Positions 26,560 to 37,227 of a stretch of 64,000 bases of DNA are shown one piece after another. The stretch comes from a virus. Taxonomy: Duplodnaviria; Caudoviricetes. How positions within the stretch are numbered: the first letter of the stretch is position 1; each line of letters starts with the position of its first letter. The position numbers and the translations under genes were made by a program. The stretch is taken from the IMG/VR virus record IMGVR_UViG_3300027566_000007, positions 9,341-73,340 of that record; one strand, 5' to 3'. Under the pieces are notes generated by a model, which worked only from the letters and a program-made list of their open reading frames with translations, was not told the origin of the DNA and ran no database searches.

Positions 26560-26983
26560 GAAGAAAGGGGGAATAATCATATCATCTCAAGAACTACAAG
26601 TCCTATCAGACTGGCTGACTGAAAACATAAAACTAAGTGAAGATAAACTTCACAACATTGAAAACAAACTCTCTTCGAATAAAAACAAACGAAAAATGGC
26701 CTATCTAGAAGGCCGGGTAAACACACTTACTGAAGTAAACGAACTGGTAAAATTCGCTCAACTTGCAGAGGACACAAAGCCTGTATATAGAGAACCATTA
26801 GTCACAAACAAAGACACATCAAGATCCTTTGCTCTATCTGAAGATCCGCGTTCAAATGTAAAAAATTGCATAGTTTGTGGAAACCCGCTATCTCCTCATG
26901 ATTTTGCATATGATAAGCTTTGCTCTGCCAGGTGTAGAGAGATTCATCGTGATCGTATAGAGCGTTCAACAGTGAGACAATAA
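26471..26983 (+). CDS. Coiled-coil protein with C-terminal zinc finger
   Basis: CIVCGNPL...LCSARC; true start probably downstream. Confidence 0.55.
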   Translation: MIFLLKMNSGYQKARLKFKKQSMVMFSDFKKKGGIIISSQELQVLSDWLTENIKLSEDKLHNIENKLSSNKNKRKMAYLEGRVNTLTEVNELVKFAQLAEDTKPVYREPLVTNKDTSRSFALSEDPRSNVKNCIVCGNPLSPHDFAYDKLCSARCREIHRDRIERSTVRQ

Positions 26984-26995
26984 TAAGAGGTCTGA

Positions 26996-27223
26996 ATGAT
27001 AGAGCTTCTTATCCCAATTCCTAATCTTTACGCAGCCTATACCCTTTCAGAAAATAATGCTTATAAAACTAATTTAATTTACTCAGTTGGATATCTGCCT
27101 TTCATCGCTTATAACTTACACATCAATGAATTTTGGCAGGCAGGGTACTTTCTGGTTAATTGGGTACTTGCAGTAAAAGGAGTTTATAAAGTTAAAAGGA
27201 CAAAGGTGAAACAATGTCAATAG
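26996..27223 (+). CDS. Small membrane protein
   Basis: Hydrophobic segments; GAGGT RBS. Confidence 0.5.
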   Translation: MIELLIPIPNLYAAYTLSENNAYKTNLIYSVGYLPFIAYNLHINEFWQAGYFLVNWVLAVKGVYKVKRTKVKQCQ

Positions 27224-27331
27224 TAACCATCAATGAAATTGGACACATCTATTCAGGTATGGGACTTTCTGAGAAAGCAAGGATTTATAAACAGTTCGCG
27301 TTTTGCAGATTGGCGGCTGTGTAAATAATCT

Positions 27332-27349
27332 TTTTTGATTTTCTTTTAT
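27332..27349 (+). promoter_or_regulatory. Candidate late-gene motif TTTTTGATTTTCTTTTAT
   Basis: Identical 18-mer at 29424; one mismatch at 56234; GGCGGCT about 20 nt upstream here and at the portal. Confidence 0.55.
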
Positions 27350-27377
27350 TTAAATACTAAACAATGGTAGAGTAAAT

Positions 27378-27908
27378 ATGCCAGCCCAAAAGAAAAGAAA
27401 ATTAAAGAAACCAAAACAGGTAAATAAAAGTAAAGAATTTACCTGGTCAACAAAACGCAAAGAAGCGGCGTTATTACTATCAACCGGCTTGAAAACACAG
27501 AAAGAAGTCTGTGAGGAAATTCACATCACTGAAAAAACGATGTGTGAATGGAAGAAGTTTCCGGCCTTTTTAGAGAAAATTGACGAGCTCACTATCAAAA
27601 ATGAGAATTTCACACGAGCAGGGCTGTTAAAAGAGTGTCTTAAAGGACTTTCTATAAAAACTGATCACATATGTGAAGACAGATCAACCCATCTTGATTA
27701 TGTAAAACTGATTGCGGATTTACAGGGGCACACTAAACAGAAAGTAGAGCTTGATGCAAATTTAAAACATTCGAATGAACAAGACCCTGAAGAAATGACT
27801 GATGAAGAATTGAGGCAATCGATTAGAGATGATATCACAAAACTTATCACTGCAGGATATGTCCAGACAAGAACTACTAAAGATATATCAGCAAGTGAAG
27901 AAAACTAA
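27378..27908 (+). CDS. terS: Terminase small subunit (HTH)
   Basis: N-terminal HTH (AALLL...QKEVCEEIHITEKTMCEWKK..AF), QKVEL.ANL motif, overlaps terL. Confidence 0.8.
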   Translation: MPAQKKRKLKKPKQVNKSKEFTWSTKRKEAALLLSTGLKTQKEVCEEIHITEKTMCEWKKFPAFLEKIDELTIKNENFTRAGLLKECLKGLSIKTDHICEDRSTHLDYVKLIADLQGHTKQKVELDANLKHSNEQDPEEMTDEELRQSIRDDITKLITAGYVQTRTTKDISASEEN

Positions 27909-29421
27909 AAAAAAAGCAAGAGCTGCATCAAAAAAGCTTGCTAAATCAAACTTCCTAAATTTCACTCGTTATACCATGGAAGATTTCCGGGAGAGCTGGC
28001 ACCATAGAAAAATGGCCTCACTTCTTGAAGAATTCGTAAATAAAGAAATAACCAGACTAATTATTGACGTTCCTCCAAGACATACCAAATCTGAATTTGT
28101 TTCTCGCCGGCTTCCTCCTTATATCTTTGGGCGATTCCCAGATGCTAAAATTATTTCCTGTTCTTATGGGGCTGACCTGGCTTCTCAAATGAATGGCGAC
28201 GCACAGGCAATTATGGACGAACATTCTTATCATGAAGTTTTTCCAAATACTTTTTTAAATAGTTCAAATGTCAGAACAGTCGCAGGATCTTATAAAAGAA
28301 ACTCAGATATCTTTGAAATTGTAGGTAGAAAGGGTGTTTATAAATGTGCCGGAGTTGGGGGCGCAATTACCGGTTATGGTATGGATTACGGCATAATCGA
28401 TGATTATTTTAAAAATAGAGAAGAAGCCGAGAGCCCCGTATTTAGGGAGAAGCTCTGGAAATGGTATATGAGTACCTTCAGATCAAGGAGGCAGAAAAAC
28501 GCAGCTATCCTTATTACAGCTACTCGATGGCATGAAGACGACCTGGTTGGACGACTATTAAATCTCGCTGAACAAAATCCAAAGGCGGATCAATGGGAAG
28601 TTTTTTCATTACCAGCATTAACTGATGAAGAGCCTATAGCTGAGTATGATGAAAGAACAGGGCCCAATCAGGCTTTATGGCCAGATGAATTTTCAGTAGA
28701 CGACCTGCTAAGTACTAAAGCTTCTTTAACTACTTATGAATGGCTTTCACTCTATCAACAAAGACCGTCTGCAGCAGCAGGCAACCTTGTAAAGAAAGAA
28801 GACTTTAAATACTGTACTCTTGAAAACGGAGTTCTTACTCTATTCACTGACAAGGCAGCAGGCTCTAAAAAACTATTCATGCTTAACCAGTGCAAGGTAT
28901 TTCAAACATGTGATCCTGCAGCCTCAGAGAAAAAAACAGCTAATGATTTCGTTTTAGCCACGTGGGCACAGACTCCAAATAACGACCTTGCTTTAATAGA
29001 TATCTTAAAAACTAATTTAGAAACCCCTAAACACGTTCCTCTTTTTAAACAACAGTATGTAAAACACCACCCTCAGCAACAATGGATTGAAACTGATGGA
29101 GTAGGCCGGCCAACATTCCAATTATTAAGAGAAGAAGGGCTCCCAATTGCTGAATTAAAAACATCAGGGCACGATAAGTTAATTAGGTTTATACCTGCAG
29201 CTACAAGGATTACTGCAGGAGCAGTATATTTCTTAGCCGAAGCGCCTTGGTTAACGGCTTATGAAAGCGAGCTTTTAGGATTTCCAAACACCAAACAAAA
29301 CGGCCAGGTCGATGTTACGTCTTATGCTTGCCAGGTAGTTATAGAACATCCATTTATTGTTGAGTCTTACGAAACAACCTATGTAGGAGAAGGTGTAAGC
29401 TCCGGCGGCTTTTGGATATAA
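27829..29421 (+). CDS. terL: Terminase large subunit (start probably 27859)
   Basis: Walker A-like VPPRHTKS, GVGGAITG, IIDD, ATRWHEDD, LYQQRP, RNase H-like DPA...DF, FP...DVTSYA. Confidence 0.95.
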   Translation: MISQNLSLQDMSRQELLKIYQQVKKTKKKARAASKKLAKSNFLNFTRYTMEDFRESWHHRKMASLLEEFVNKEITRLIIDVPPRHTKSEFVSRRLPPYIFGRFPDAKIISCSYGADLASQMNGDAQAIMDEHSYHEVFPNTFLNSSNVRTVAGSYKRNSDIFEIVGRKGVYKCAGVGGAITGYGMDYGIIDDYFKNREEAESPVFREKLWKWYMSTFRSRRQKNAAILITATRWHEDDLVGRLLNLAEQNPKADQWEVFSLPALTDEEPIAEYDERTGPNQALWPDEFSVDDLLSTKASLTTYEWLSLYQQRPSAAAGNLVKKEDFKYCTLENGVLTLFTDKAAGSKKLFMLNQCKVFQTCDPAASEKKTANDFVLATWAQTPNNDLALIDILKTNLETPKHVPLFKQQYVKHHPQQQWIETDGVGRPTFQLLREEGLPIAELKTSGHDKLIRFIPAATRITAGAVYFLAEAPWLTAYESELLGFPNTKQNGQVDVTSYACQVVIEHPFIVESYETTYVGEGVSSGGFWI

Positions 29422-29423
29422 CC

Positions 29424-29441
29424 TTTTTGATTTTCTTTTAT
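29424..29441 (+). promoter_or_regulatory. Candidate late-gene motif TTTTTGATTTTCTTTTAT
   Basis: Exact copy of 27332-27349, 25 nt before the portal ATG. Confidence 0.55.
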
Positions 29442-29466
29442 CTCTTTTTCCCAACACTCTTAATAT

Positions 29467-31293
29467 ATGCAATTCCCGAAAGTATCATCCATCTTCCCTT
29501 TCTCCAAAAAACTCTCTTCTGCATCTCCATCAAAAGACACCCAAGCAGCCCCTGTAGGTGCTGGCGTTTCTCAAGTAGGCGGAGATGAATATTCCCACCA
29601 AGAAAAATTTAATAAGTGGATCGAGGAAACCAAACACAAGCTCCCACGCGCCACGCCACTATTAAGAGAAGAAGCGTTCAGATCTGATCCATTAATCCAG
29701 GGCACTATATACCCATATCTCCGAAACGTCCTTCTGAAAGGCTATACAGTCCAGACAGAAGATAACAAGCTCTACTCGGAAGCCATTCAGGAAATTACGG
29801 CATACCTTGAGCAAATTGATATAATGCAGGTATTCCGGGAGGATTTCAAAGATTTTGCATTTCTCACCGGCCATACATACCGCAGGGCTGACCCTGACCT
29901 TTCAGGCAATATAATAAGGCTTGAAAAGATCGAGCCGTCCACTGTAGAGGTCTTTAACGATCCTTGGGACTCTTCAATAATAGCATATCATCAACACGCA
30001 AAAGTAAGAACAACATGGTCTTACCTGGGTGCTACAGAAGAAGTAGACAGTTGGTTTATTCCCTATGGGTCTGATCTGCAGGACGTAAACGCAACATATA
30101 TTCAAAACAGGGCTACCGGAAACGACCAGAGAGTTTATGATTTATTTACAAAGTATCAACAGAACTATTCAATCTCGAATATTTCTAACCTAAGGATAGC
30201 GGCTTCTGAGCGCGTTATTTCAATGCACAACTCGGATAAAACACAGAGGCTTTGCAACCAATATGACGATTCCGAACAAGTACCTTGCACTCCCGCGCCA
30301 ATTGATTCCGTTATCCTGGCTATCTGGCTAAAACGGTTACTTTTATCGAATGCGCCTCACCTTATTTACGTCGTGATCAATCCTTTCCTACACGCAAAGA
30401 CCGGTATTCTGAAAGATACTAAAGATACACTTGGACATACTTCTATTATTTCTTCAACACCTCAAAAACCATCTACTGCGCTACAAGCTACAAATCCTGT
30501 TATTTATAATGACATGCTTCAAAAATATGAGAACTATGTTAAGGAAAATGAAAAAGCTGCAAATAAAATTCTCGAAAATGTGAAAAATGGTGGCGTTTTT
30601 TTATCGGGACCAGACCTGGAAATAAAACCTATCGAATCTGCCAGAAACGTTTCTTATCAATTTATTAAAAGTCTTATCGATCAGCTTAATGAGGAAATAG
30701 GTCAAGCTTTTGGTTTTCCTATGTCACTCGTCACAGCGACGGGCACAGAGCTCGCAAGCTCAAGAAACATCTTGCAGATGTTCAATAGTGTGCATGCAGG
30801 TGAGCGTATGGAATATGAAAGCGTCGCAAACAAGCTCATTAAAAAACAGTTTGCTGAACGAACCTGGCAGGGCACTACAACTAAAAACGGTAAAGAGATC
30901 CAGGTAACTTACTCTCTTGAAGATATGCAGGTCAATTTTACCCTAGACACTCCAGACGTTAAAGACCTGCTTGCAGAAGCTCAGGCTTTGAAGGCAAGAG
31001 CCGAGACGCTTGTACAACTCAAAGGTATAGGGGCAGGTAAAGAAGACCTTCAGGCACTTGGAGAAGAGGCAGGATTCGGTATTCTTGCGTTGAATGGTAC
31101 GCCAGCACCTCAGGCTGAAGGAGCTCAAGGGGATCAAACTAATGCTATAATACAGGCTATAATTTCCGAGGCTTTAAGATCGGCAAGTCCTACAGACCCA
31201 AGCGGGTTTAAGGACAAAAAAATAACAGAGAGATTACAAGAAGCTTATAAAACGGCTAAAGAAACAATCGATAAACTTTTCGAGGAACATTGA
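29467..31293 (+). CDS. Portal protein
   Basis: Directly downstream of terL; about 600 aa; RLEKIEPSTVEV and EEIGQAFGFP.SL portal-like segments. Confidence 0.75.
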   Translation: MQFPKVSSIFPFSKKLSSASPSKDTQAAPVGAGVSQVGGDEYSHQEKFNKWIEETKHKLPRATPLLREEAFRSDPLIQGTIYPYLRNVLLKGYTVQTEDNKLYSEAIQEITAYLEQIDIMQVFREDFKDFAFLTGHTYRRADPDLSGNIIRLEKIEPSTVEVFNDPWDSSIIAYHQHAKVRTTWSYLGATEEVDSWFIPYGSDLQDVNATYIQNRATGNDQRVYDLFTKYQQNYSISNISNLRIAASERVISMHNSDKTQRLCNQYDDSEQVPCTPAPIDSVILAIWLKRLLLSNAPHLIYVVINPFLHAKTGILKDTKDTLGHTSIISSTPQKPSTALQATNPVIYNDMLQKYENYVKENEKAANKILENVKNGGVFLSGPDLEIKPIESARNVSYQFIKSLIDQLNEEIGQAFGFPMSLVTATGTELASSRNILQMFNSVHAGERMEYESVANKLIKKQFAERTWQGTTTKNGKEIQVTYSLEDMQVNFTLDTPDVKDLLAEAQALKARAETLVQLKGIGAGKEDLQALGEEAGFGILALNGTPAPQAEGAQGDQTNAIIQAIISEALRSASPTDPSGFKDKKITERLQEAYKTAKETIDKLFEEH

Positions 31294-31461
31294 ATGTCAG
31301 ACATCATAGGCTTTCTTTTTGGTGGGTTATGCGGGCTCGTTTTTGGAGTCGCAGTAATGGTAGAATATCACGAACAGTGCGAAAATTTGAACAGTAACGC
31401 ACATATAGTCAACGATTTAAATACAAAAAAGATAAAGACAAACCAAGCCAGCGAAGATTAA
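31294..31461 (+). CDS. Small single-TM protein (55 aa)
   Basis: MSDIIGFLFGGLCGLVFGVAVM...; ATG follows the portal stop. Confidence 0.5.
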   Translation: MSDIIGFLFGGLCGLVFGVAVMVEYHEQCENLNSNAHIVNDLNTKKIKTNQASED

Positions 31462-31593
31462 ATACTCAAATTGCCTCATATTTAAGATGGTAGAAAGGCA
31501 CTAAAAATGAATTAATTTTTACAGTAAAATTTTAAATTCCTACCGTCAATTTTCAATTATATAGCTTTCTACACATCTATCATTTGTGATAGT

Positions 31594-32430
31594 ATGAAAG
31601 CCATTATAAAAAATATTGAACTCGATACAAAATCAGATAAACGCTTTCCAGTTAATTTGTTGTCTGGATCACTATACCGTGCTAGTGACAGGCTATATTA
31701 CGTGCATGGTAACCGGCCAATTGGAGACAATTACGCAAAGGAAGTCTTTAACGGATATTATAACGTATGGGACGATGAAACATTATCTTATGTAAAACAT
31801 CCAACTGAATGGACTGAGTTTATTACTCTTCTGTCCGCAGACGACGTGATCAATTTATTTATTGAGGAAATCTCAAAATGTTCGGTTATCATAAAGGATG
31901 CCGAATTCCTTTTAAAATACCCAATTATCACTACAGGGCACACTAAAGTACACCTGGATAATTGTATTGCACACCTGGATAACGACGAAACAGGGTTTAT
32001 TGAGGTCAATTCAATAGGTGCGTGTACACAAGATCGCCCGGAATTTGATGAATATCTCAAGATACTGGATTCAATTGCATCGATAGGCAGTACTCTTTCT
32101 CGTAGTCGGATAATGTCAGCGACTTATTATAAATATGGTTCTCGATATGGGCAGCCGCAAATAAAAAGACACTGGCCTGAAAATACAGAATATCATTTTA
32201 AGGTGGACCGGAAAGACAAAATACTTGAGTCCAGCACAGATAAAAGAGGGTATCCTCAATCCTGCGGGAAGGAGAATAGAGAAAAGGGAGTAAGTATCAT
32301 TGTTCATAATGATGTGTTGGAACCTGGTAAGGAGCCTCTTCATCTCAAATATGATGATCGGATAATTGGAGTAAGTATAGATCAGAATATAATTGTTGTA
32401 GACAAGATGAGACAATTGGAGATTGTATGA
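31594..32430 (+). CDS. Hypothetical accessory protein
   Basis: ORF track; own TATA-like promoter upstream. Confidence 0.6.
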   Translation: MKAIIKNIELDTKSDKRFPVNLLSGSLYRASDRLYYVHGNRPIGDNYAKEVFNGYYNVWDDETLSYVKHPTEWTEFITLLSADDVINLFIEEISKCSVIIKDAEFLLKYPIITTGHTKVHLDNCIAHLDNDETGFIEVNSIGACTQDRPEFDEYLKILDSIASIGSTLSRSRIMSATYYKYGSRYGQPQIKRHWPENTEYHFKVDRKDKILESSTDKRGYPQSCGKENREKGVSIIVHNDVLEPGKEPLHLKYDDRIIGVSIDQNIIVVDKMRQLEIV

Positions 32431-32750
32431 ACGCTAGCTCTATAACCCTTACCGAGTTAACAGATAAACATAGAGTAGTATGCTCTGTAATTAATAAAGA
32501 TCGTGTGTCATTTGAAATATTTAAAAATGTTCCCACACGTGAAAAAATTAAAACAGATATGGGTACAATTTATGCTGGATTCACAGACATTTATGGATAT
32601 TTGTTAATGAGTTCTAATTGTGAAAATAAAAAGTGGTATGGTTTAAACGAAACACCTGAATCTAGAGCTTTTATGAATGATTTGATAGACGCTGGATTTA
32701 TTCAAAAAGCCGAAATTGTAGATATTCAACCCACTGTATCTGAGGAATAA
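32427..32750 (+). CDS. Hypothetical accessory protein
   Basis: ATGA overlap. Confidence 0.55.
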   Translation: MNASSITLTELTDKHRVVCSVINKDRVSFEIFKNVPTREKIKTDMGTIYAGFTDIYGYLLMSSNCENKKWYGLNETPESRAFMNDLIDAGFIQKAEIVDIQPTVSEE

Positions 32751-32752
32751 TC

Positions 32753-33142
32753 ATGGTAAGTGTCAAACGCTGCACCCTCCATTCAGAATATATAGACGCA
32801 GCCCACAAATTGATAGATTATCTCAGTGGAGAACCACACGTATGCAAAGATAGCGGTACTATATGCACACCGAATAATGGCAATGGATACGATATTCCCT
32901 ATGCGTTCTTCTATCTCAGGTACGACGAAGATCAAGAATGGTACAATGGGGACTGGTGGTTATTAATCGCTTCGACTGATCTAGATCAACATCAAGTAGG
33001 CACAAGGATAATATTAGAAGCAATCAAATTATTAGACATTGATTTACCAGAATTTGATTTTAATGTGCAGAGGCCAAATGAGAATCATTTTTTTTACTAT
33101 TTTGATAGGATCGACGTTAGGGAATGTTCAAAAAGTTTATAA
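32753..33142 (+). CDS. Hypothetical accessory protein
   Basis: GAGG RBS; followed by a T-rich terminator-like tract. Confidence 0.55.
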   Translation: MVSVKRCTLHSEYIDAAHKLIDYLSGEPHVCKDSGTICTPNNGNGYDIPYAFFYLRYDEDQEWYNGDWWLLIASTDLDQHQVGTRIILEAIKLLDIDLPEFDFNVQRPNENHFFYYFDRIDVRECSKSL

Positions 33143-33305
33143 TTAACTTTTTATTTTTTAACATTCGATATAAAATGTAAAGCATCCACATGTATGTCTA
33201 GATAAAATTTATATAATTATACACCATGATAACACCATTGTAAATTATCCGTATCAGTTTGACGGGCTGCGCGGATCACAAAAAGATATAAATTAAGATA
33301 TTTAC

Positions 33306-33381
33306 GTAGATGGAGAGATTTGAACCAACGATACCCGGGACGGTATTTCTTAGAACCATTACCCAAATCCTCAGCCTCTAC
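33306..33381. other. 76-nt branched inverted-repeat element (structured RNA or cruciform candidate)
   Basis: Nested pairing GTAGA(T)GG/CCTCTAC, GATTTG/CAAATC, ATACC/GGTAT, TTCT/AGAA; GGTTCAAATC on the minus strand. Confidence 0.45.
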
Positions 33382-33506
33382 ACACAACATTCAAACATGT
33401 TGACAACTCAGGAACAATTAAATACTAACCCCGCGATATATGACTGATAATGAAGTGTGGCCTGGAGTTTATGCGCTCCATTTTCCTCCAGGCTACTCCT
33501 CTTCAC

Positions 33507-34099
33507 TTAATACATTACTCTTCTTCTTTTTCTTTCCCAAATGCTTAGAGCCTTAACCTCGTCCTCATGGTTGAGTCCAAATGCCTTACAGCATTCAACT
33601 GCCTGGACTATATCTTCTATGAGGTTTAAACAGCCCCACAGACGGCTTTCTTTTCTGGCTCCTACCATCTTAATCCCATACCTGAAAACTACCAATTGCT
33701 TCATGCATTCTGAACTGTTCTTCAAGCTTACATACTAGGCTATGGGCTTTCTTAGTCATACCACTACTTTTTGGAGTGGATGCGAAATAAAAAGACATCG
33801 CGTGGATAAGTTCAATTTCGCTGTTTGAAAGTACATAAGTGTTTTCTGGGATTGTTATGTTTAGTTGTTTCATTTTAGACCACCGCCTGTTCAGGAGTCG
33901 CGTAAGCTCCTTTATTGTGTCTTGCAAGCATCTTCTGTATAGCGTCCCAATCGTTAGCAATCTGGGTTATTTCCGGGATATCGAGTTTAAGCTCGCTTCT
34001 CTGAAGAAGTGAAAAGGCTTCGTCCCAATTGTGGGCAAGTTCGAGAACTTTTTTAATCTGCTTTGATTTGCTCATTCTTCCTGATCTGTATAACACCAT
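33507..34099 (-). CDS. Cluster of three small overlapping hypothetical ORFs (33507-33725, 33670-33960, 33875-34099)
   Basis: ORF track; divergent from 34328; true starts uncertain. Confidence 0.45.
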
Positions 34100-34327
34100 T
34101 TTATTTTCCTCCTAACAAGACACTTATTTTGTGTCTATACTATAGTACTACATTATAATATATAAAACTTTGTGTCATTTATCTAACAAATACACATATG
34201 TCCAATTTATACTAATTTGTTTTTTATATCAAAAACACAATATAAATACTATAACAACGGCACAAAAAACTTATATACTACATCTGCGTATTATAGTATA
34301 GACACAAGCAAAAGGTTGTGACAAACT

Positions 34328-34984
34328 ATGGTAGAAAATAATGAAAATACAGATTTTGAACTGACTAACAAGAACGTTGATGACTGGGAACAAGCCGAGT
34401 TTTGGGAAAAGGACCCGATGCAATCTGAAGATGCATTGTGTGATCTTATTCTATGGGTAGATTGGGAAAGCAAGACTGTAACCGTAGAAACTATGATGAG
34501 AACAAACTCTACTCCAGGAGAATTATATCACGGGCTTGCGTCGAGTTTTGACCTTCCCGTTGATACAGATTTTACCCGCTTTGTGAAGTTTTATAATGAT
34601 CACATAAGACCAAAACTTCAGGAAATTGGAGCTACATATGAGTCAAACTGGAACGGTTCAAATTGGATTGGATCTCTTGACCGTGAACAGGAAGAAGAAC
34701 TTTCTGAGTATATAAGAACAAATGTTCCAGAACATGACATGTGCGCTTATTTCAGCCTCAAAGATCTATATAACGTTGGAGGCAGTCATTCGATAGAGGA
34801 AGACCTCGAAGCCGAAGGTATTGACTTACTCACAGCAGATCTAAATAATGACGGTGTTATGTCTCTAGCTGTTGAAACTGTTACATATGGGAACGGTACA
34901 GACTACAAACTCATAGATGTAGACGTTGAAGACGAGCTAAGGGAGATACAGAAAGAGATTCAAGAAGAAGCAGAAGAGGAATAA
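34328..34984 (+). CDS. Acidic hypothetical protein
   Basis: ORF track; very D/E-rich. Confidence 0.65.
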   Translation: MVENNENTDFELTNKNVDDWEQAEFWEKDPMQSEDALCDLILWVDWESKTVTVETMMRTNSTPGELYHGLASSFDLPVDTDFTRFVKFYNDHIRPKLQEIGATYESNWNGSNWIGSLDREQEEELSEYIRTNVPEHDMCAYFSLKDLYNVGGSHSIEEDLEAEGIDLLTADLNNDGVMSLAVETVTYGNGTDYKLIDVDVEDELREIQKEIQEEAEEE

Positions 34985-35010
34985 CAACTCCTCTTTTCAG
35001 GAAGTGTATT

Positions 35011-35199
35011 ATGAAAGTAGGAGATCGCCAACAGCAAGGAAGGACAGGAGAAGGAAGGACCGGCACGAATCAAAGGGAAATATGCCCAGCTTGTAAAGAC
35101 TATTATCTTAAAACTTATTTTATTTATCAAGATAAAAAATGGATTAAGGCAGGCAAGGTTTGCCCGAATGAAAATTGTAGTTTTTGCAGGAAAGATTAA
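35011..35199 (+). CDS. Small zinc-finger protein
   Basis: CPACK...VCPNENC. Confidence 0.55.
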   Translation: MKVGDRQQQGRTGEGRTGTNQREICPACKDYYLKTYFIYQDKKWIKAGKVCPNENCSFCRKD

Positions 35200-35491
35200 G
35201 GAGAGATTAAAAATGTTTTATGCATTTTTTACACTTCGTCAACGTGACAACATACAAACTAAAGAATGGATGGAAGTGTCAAAAGCAGAAGATAAAAGCA
35301 CCTGTATTAAGATAGCAATGAATAAAGGGGTTATCTTGAATATGATAGAGTTAACTAAAGACGAATTTTATGATTTATGTGGGTTATATACTCCAGACGA
35401 TAAATAATTTAATAAGTAGTTGCTAAAACAGGTTGATTAGAGGTTTAATAATCAATTTTCCTTTTTTATCTCACATACCTTCTTTTCTATA

Positions 35492-36295
35492 ATGCCTTTC
35501 ACCATATCAAATTTCAAAAAAACCCTAAAATCCGCTTTTTCTAAACTCGAAAAAGACCAATCAGAAGCTTTAGCCGTCGAGATCTCAGCAAACTTTATAG
35601 CAGGCCAGACAGCAGCCGAGAAACACAAATCTATTAAATCAGCAGAACCAGAGGACGACGGCCTAACAGACGAAGAAAAAGCAGAAATAGCAACCCTTAC
35701 AGCTCTATATCTAGGCTACATCTCTGAATTCAATATCAGAGCACAAACTCAGATACTCACCAGGGTCCAGGAGCTTGTCAAGGCAGGCAACAGCCAGGAC
35801 GAAATACAAAGTTATGTTGATAGTGTCTTTTCAGGCGAAGAGTCTATAGTAATTGATAATGTGAGTAAGGAACGTAAAGAAATTTACGTTGATGAAAATC
35901 TTAAATTATCCGAAGTTACCAGAACCGTTGAGAATCCATTTTATAGCTCAGTTCTGGCTTATGCTTCACTTATTGGGGCGATAGCCTCACACACAGCCTA
36001 TGAGAAGGGCAAGGAATTGTATAATAAAGCACAGGGTTATAATAAATGGATCTTCTCAGGCCCCGCCGATGAGCGAGCGAGACCCTGGCACGTTGCTTTG
36101 TTGGGTCAGGTGTTTACCTATGGTACGGTACAAAGTAATTATGCTGAACAATGTTTAGGTGAGCCACGGTGCAGACATAGGAAAGAAGTATGGTATGGGG
36201 ATTCGAGGGACACGTCCCAGGAAAAATGGGAACAGTTAAAAAGAGATGCTGGTTTATTTTGGGACGATAAAGCCAAAACCTGGGCTTTGAAATAA
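35492..36295 (+). CDS. Head morphogenesis protein (MuF/gp7-like)
   Basis: WIFSGPADERARPWHVAL...PRCRH motif. Confidence 0.75.
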   Translation: MPFTISNFKKTLKSAFSKLEKDQSEALAVEISANFIAGQTAAEKHKSIKSAEPEDDGLTDEEKAEIATLTALYLGYISEFNIRAQTQILTRVQELVKAGNSQDEIQSYVDSVFSGEESIVIDNVSKERKEIYVDENLKLSEVTRTVENPFYSSVLAYASLIGAIASHTAYEKGKELYNKAQGYNKWIFSGPADERARPWHVALLGQVFTYGTVQSNYAEQCLGEPRCRHRKEVWYGDSRDTSQEKWEQLKRDAGLFWDDKAKTWALK

Positions 36296-36480
36296 ACCTT
36301 GTTATTAAATTTATTTTATCTCCTTAAAATACATCTCAAACAAATCCATCCTATAATGAAAAATATATGAATCCGGAGGATATACACAATCTAAAGTATC
36401 TCCCTCTATATTGATTACTTTACAAACCGTTTTCGCGGTTTTGTGTTTGTAGAGGGAGTTTACTGAAAGTTCCACATTTC

Positions 36481-36996
36481 TCAACATCCAATCTCTTTCA
36501 TCTTATCGTACAACTTAGGACATCTGCCAGTACCACACTCTTCGTAATACAACTTCTCAAACTCATCCCAATTATCCACAAGACGACTCCAAACCTCAGA
36601 AACGTCTTTCATTTCATAGAAACGTTCTCGAAATTCAGGAACTTGATCAAGAAGTTTCATACATCGTTTGAAGTCGTCAGGATCACTAGGGTGAGAATGA
36701 TATCTTATTCCATATTGCCTGAAATCAATTCCTGTAAGTTTTGTAGCGATTGAATCCGAGGATAGGCCGCGTTCACCATTTGCGAGCCATTTAAGGAAAG
36801 TTTCACTTACCCTTACTGTATCTACATTTCCCTCAAGTATCTTTATAGCTTCATTCATCTCATTTTTATAGTTCTCATGCTCGTCATAATCACTTTGAGG
36901 CAATCGACTGCTTAAACCTTCCGTAAGCATGAATTCATAGTCTTCGTCAGCAAGTGCTTTTTTTAGTGCCCGAATTGCTTTATCAAAGTTTGACAT
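36481..36996 (-). CDS. Conserved phage hypothetical protein
   Basis: WLANGERGLSS...HPSDPDDFKRCMKLLDQVPE motif. Confidence 0.65.
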   Translation of the reverse strand: MSNFDKAIRALKKALADEDYEFMLTEGLSSRLPQSDYDEHENYKNEMNEAIKILEGNVDTVRVSETFLKWLANGERGLSSDSIATKLTGIDFRQYGIRYHSHPSDPDDFKRCMKLLDQVPEFRERFYEMKDVSEVWSRLVDNWDEFEKLYYEECGTGRCPKLYDKMKEIGC

Positions 36997-37227
36997 TATT
37001 TATCACTTCTCTTAAACTTGATTTTATTCCACTATCCTTTCATTTCTCTAGAAAGTTTATTATCGTCGCTTTAGCAATTACAAGCTCATCCTTCTCATAA
37101 GTATATAATAAGTCAATAATTAATTGAGTTACATCATCCGAGTCGGTGAGATCATAGTCTATGTTAGCGTCGGTGATTATTCCATTTATGGCTTCAGAAT
37201 CCATTTAGTTCAACTCCTCAAAATATC

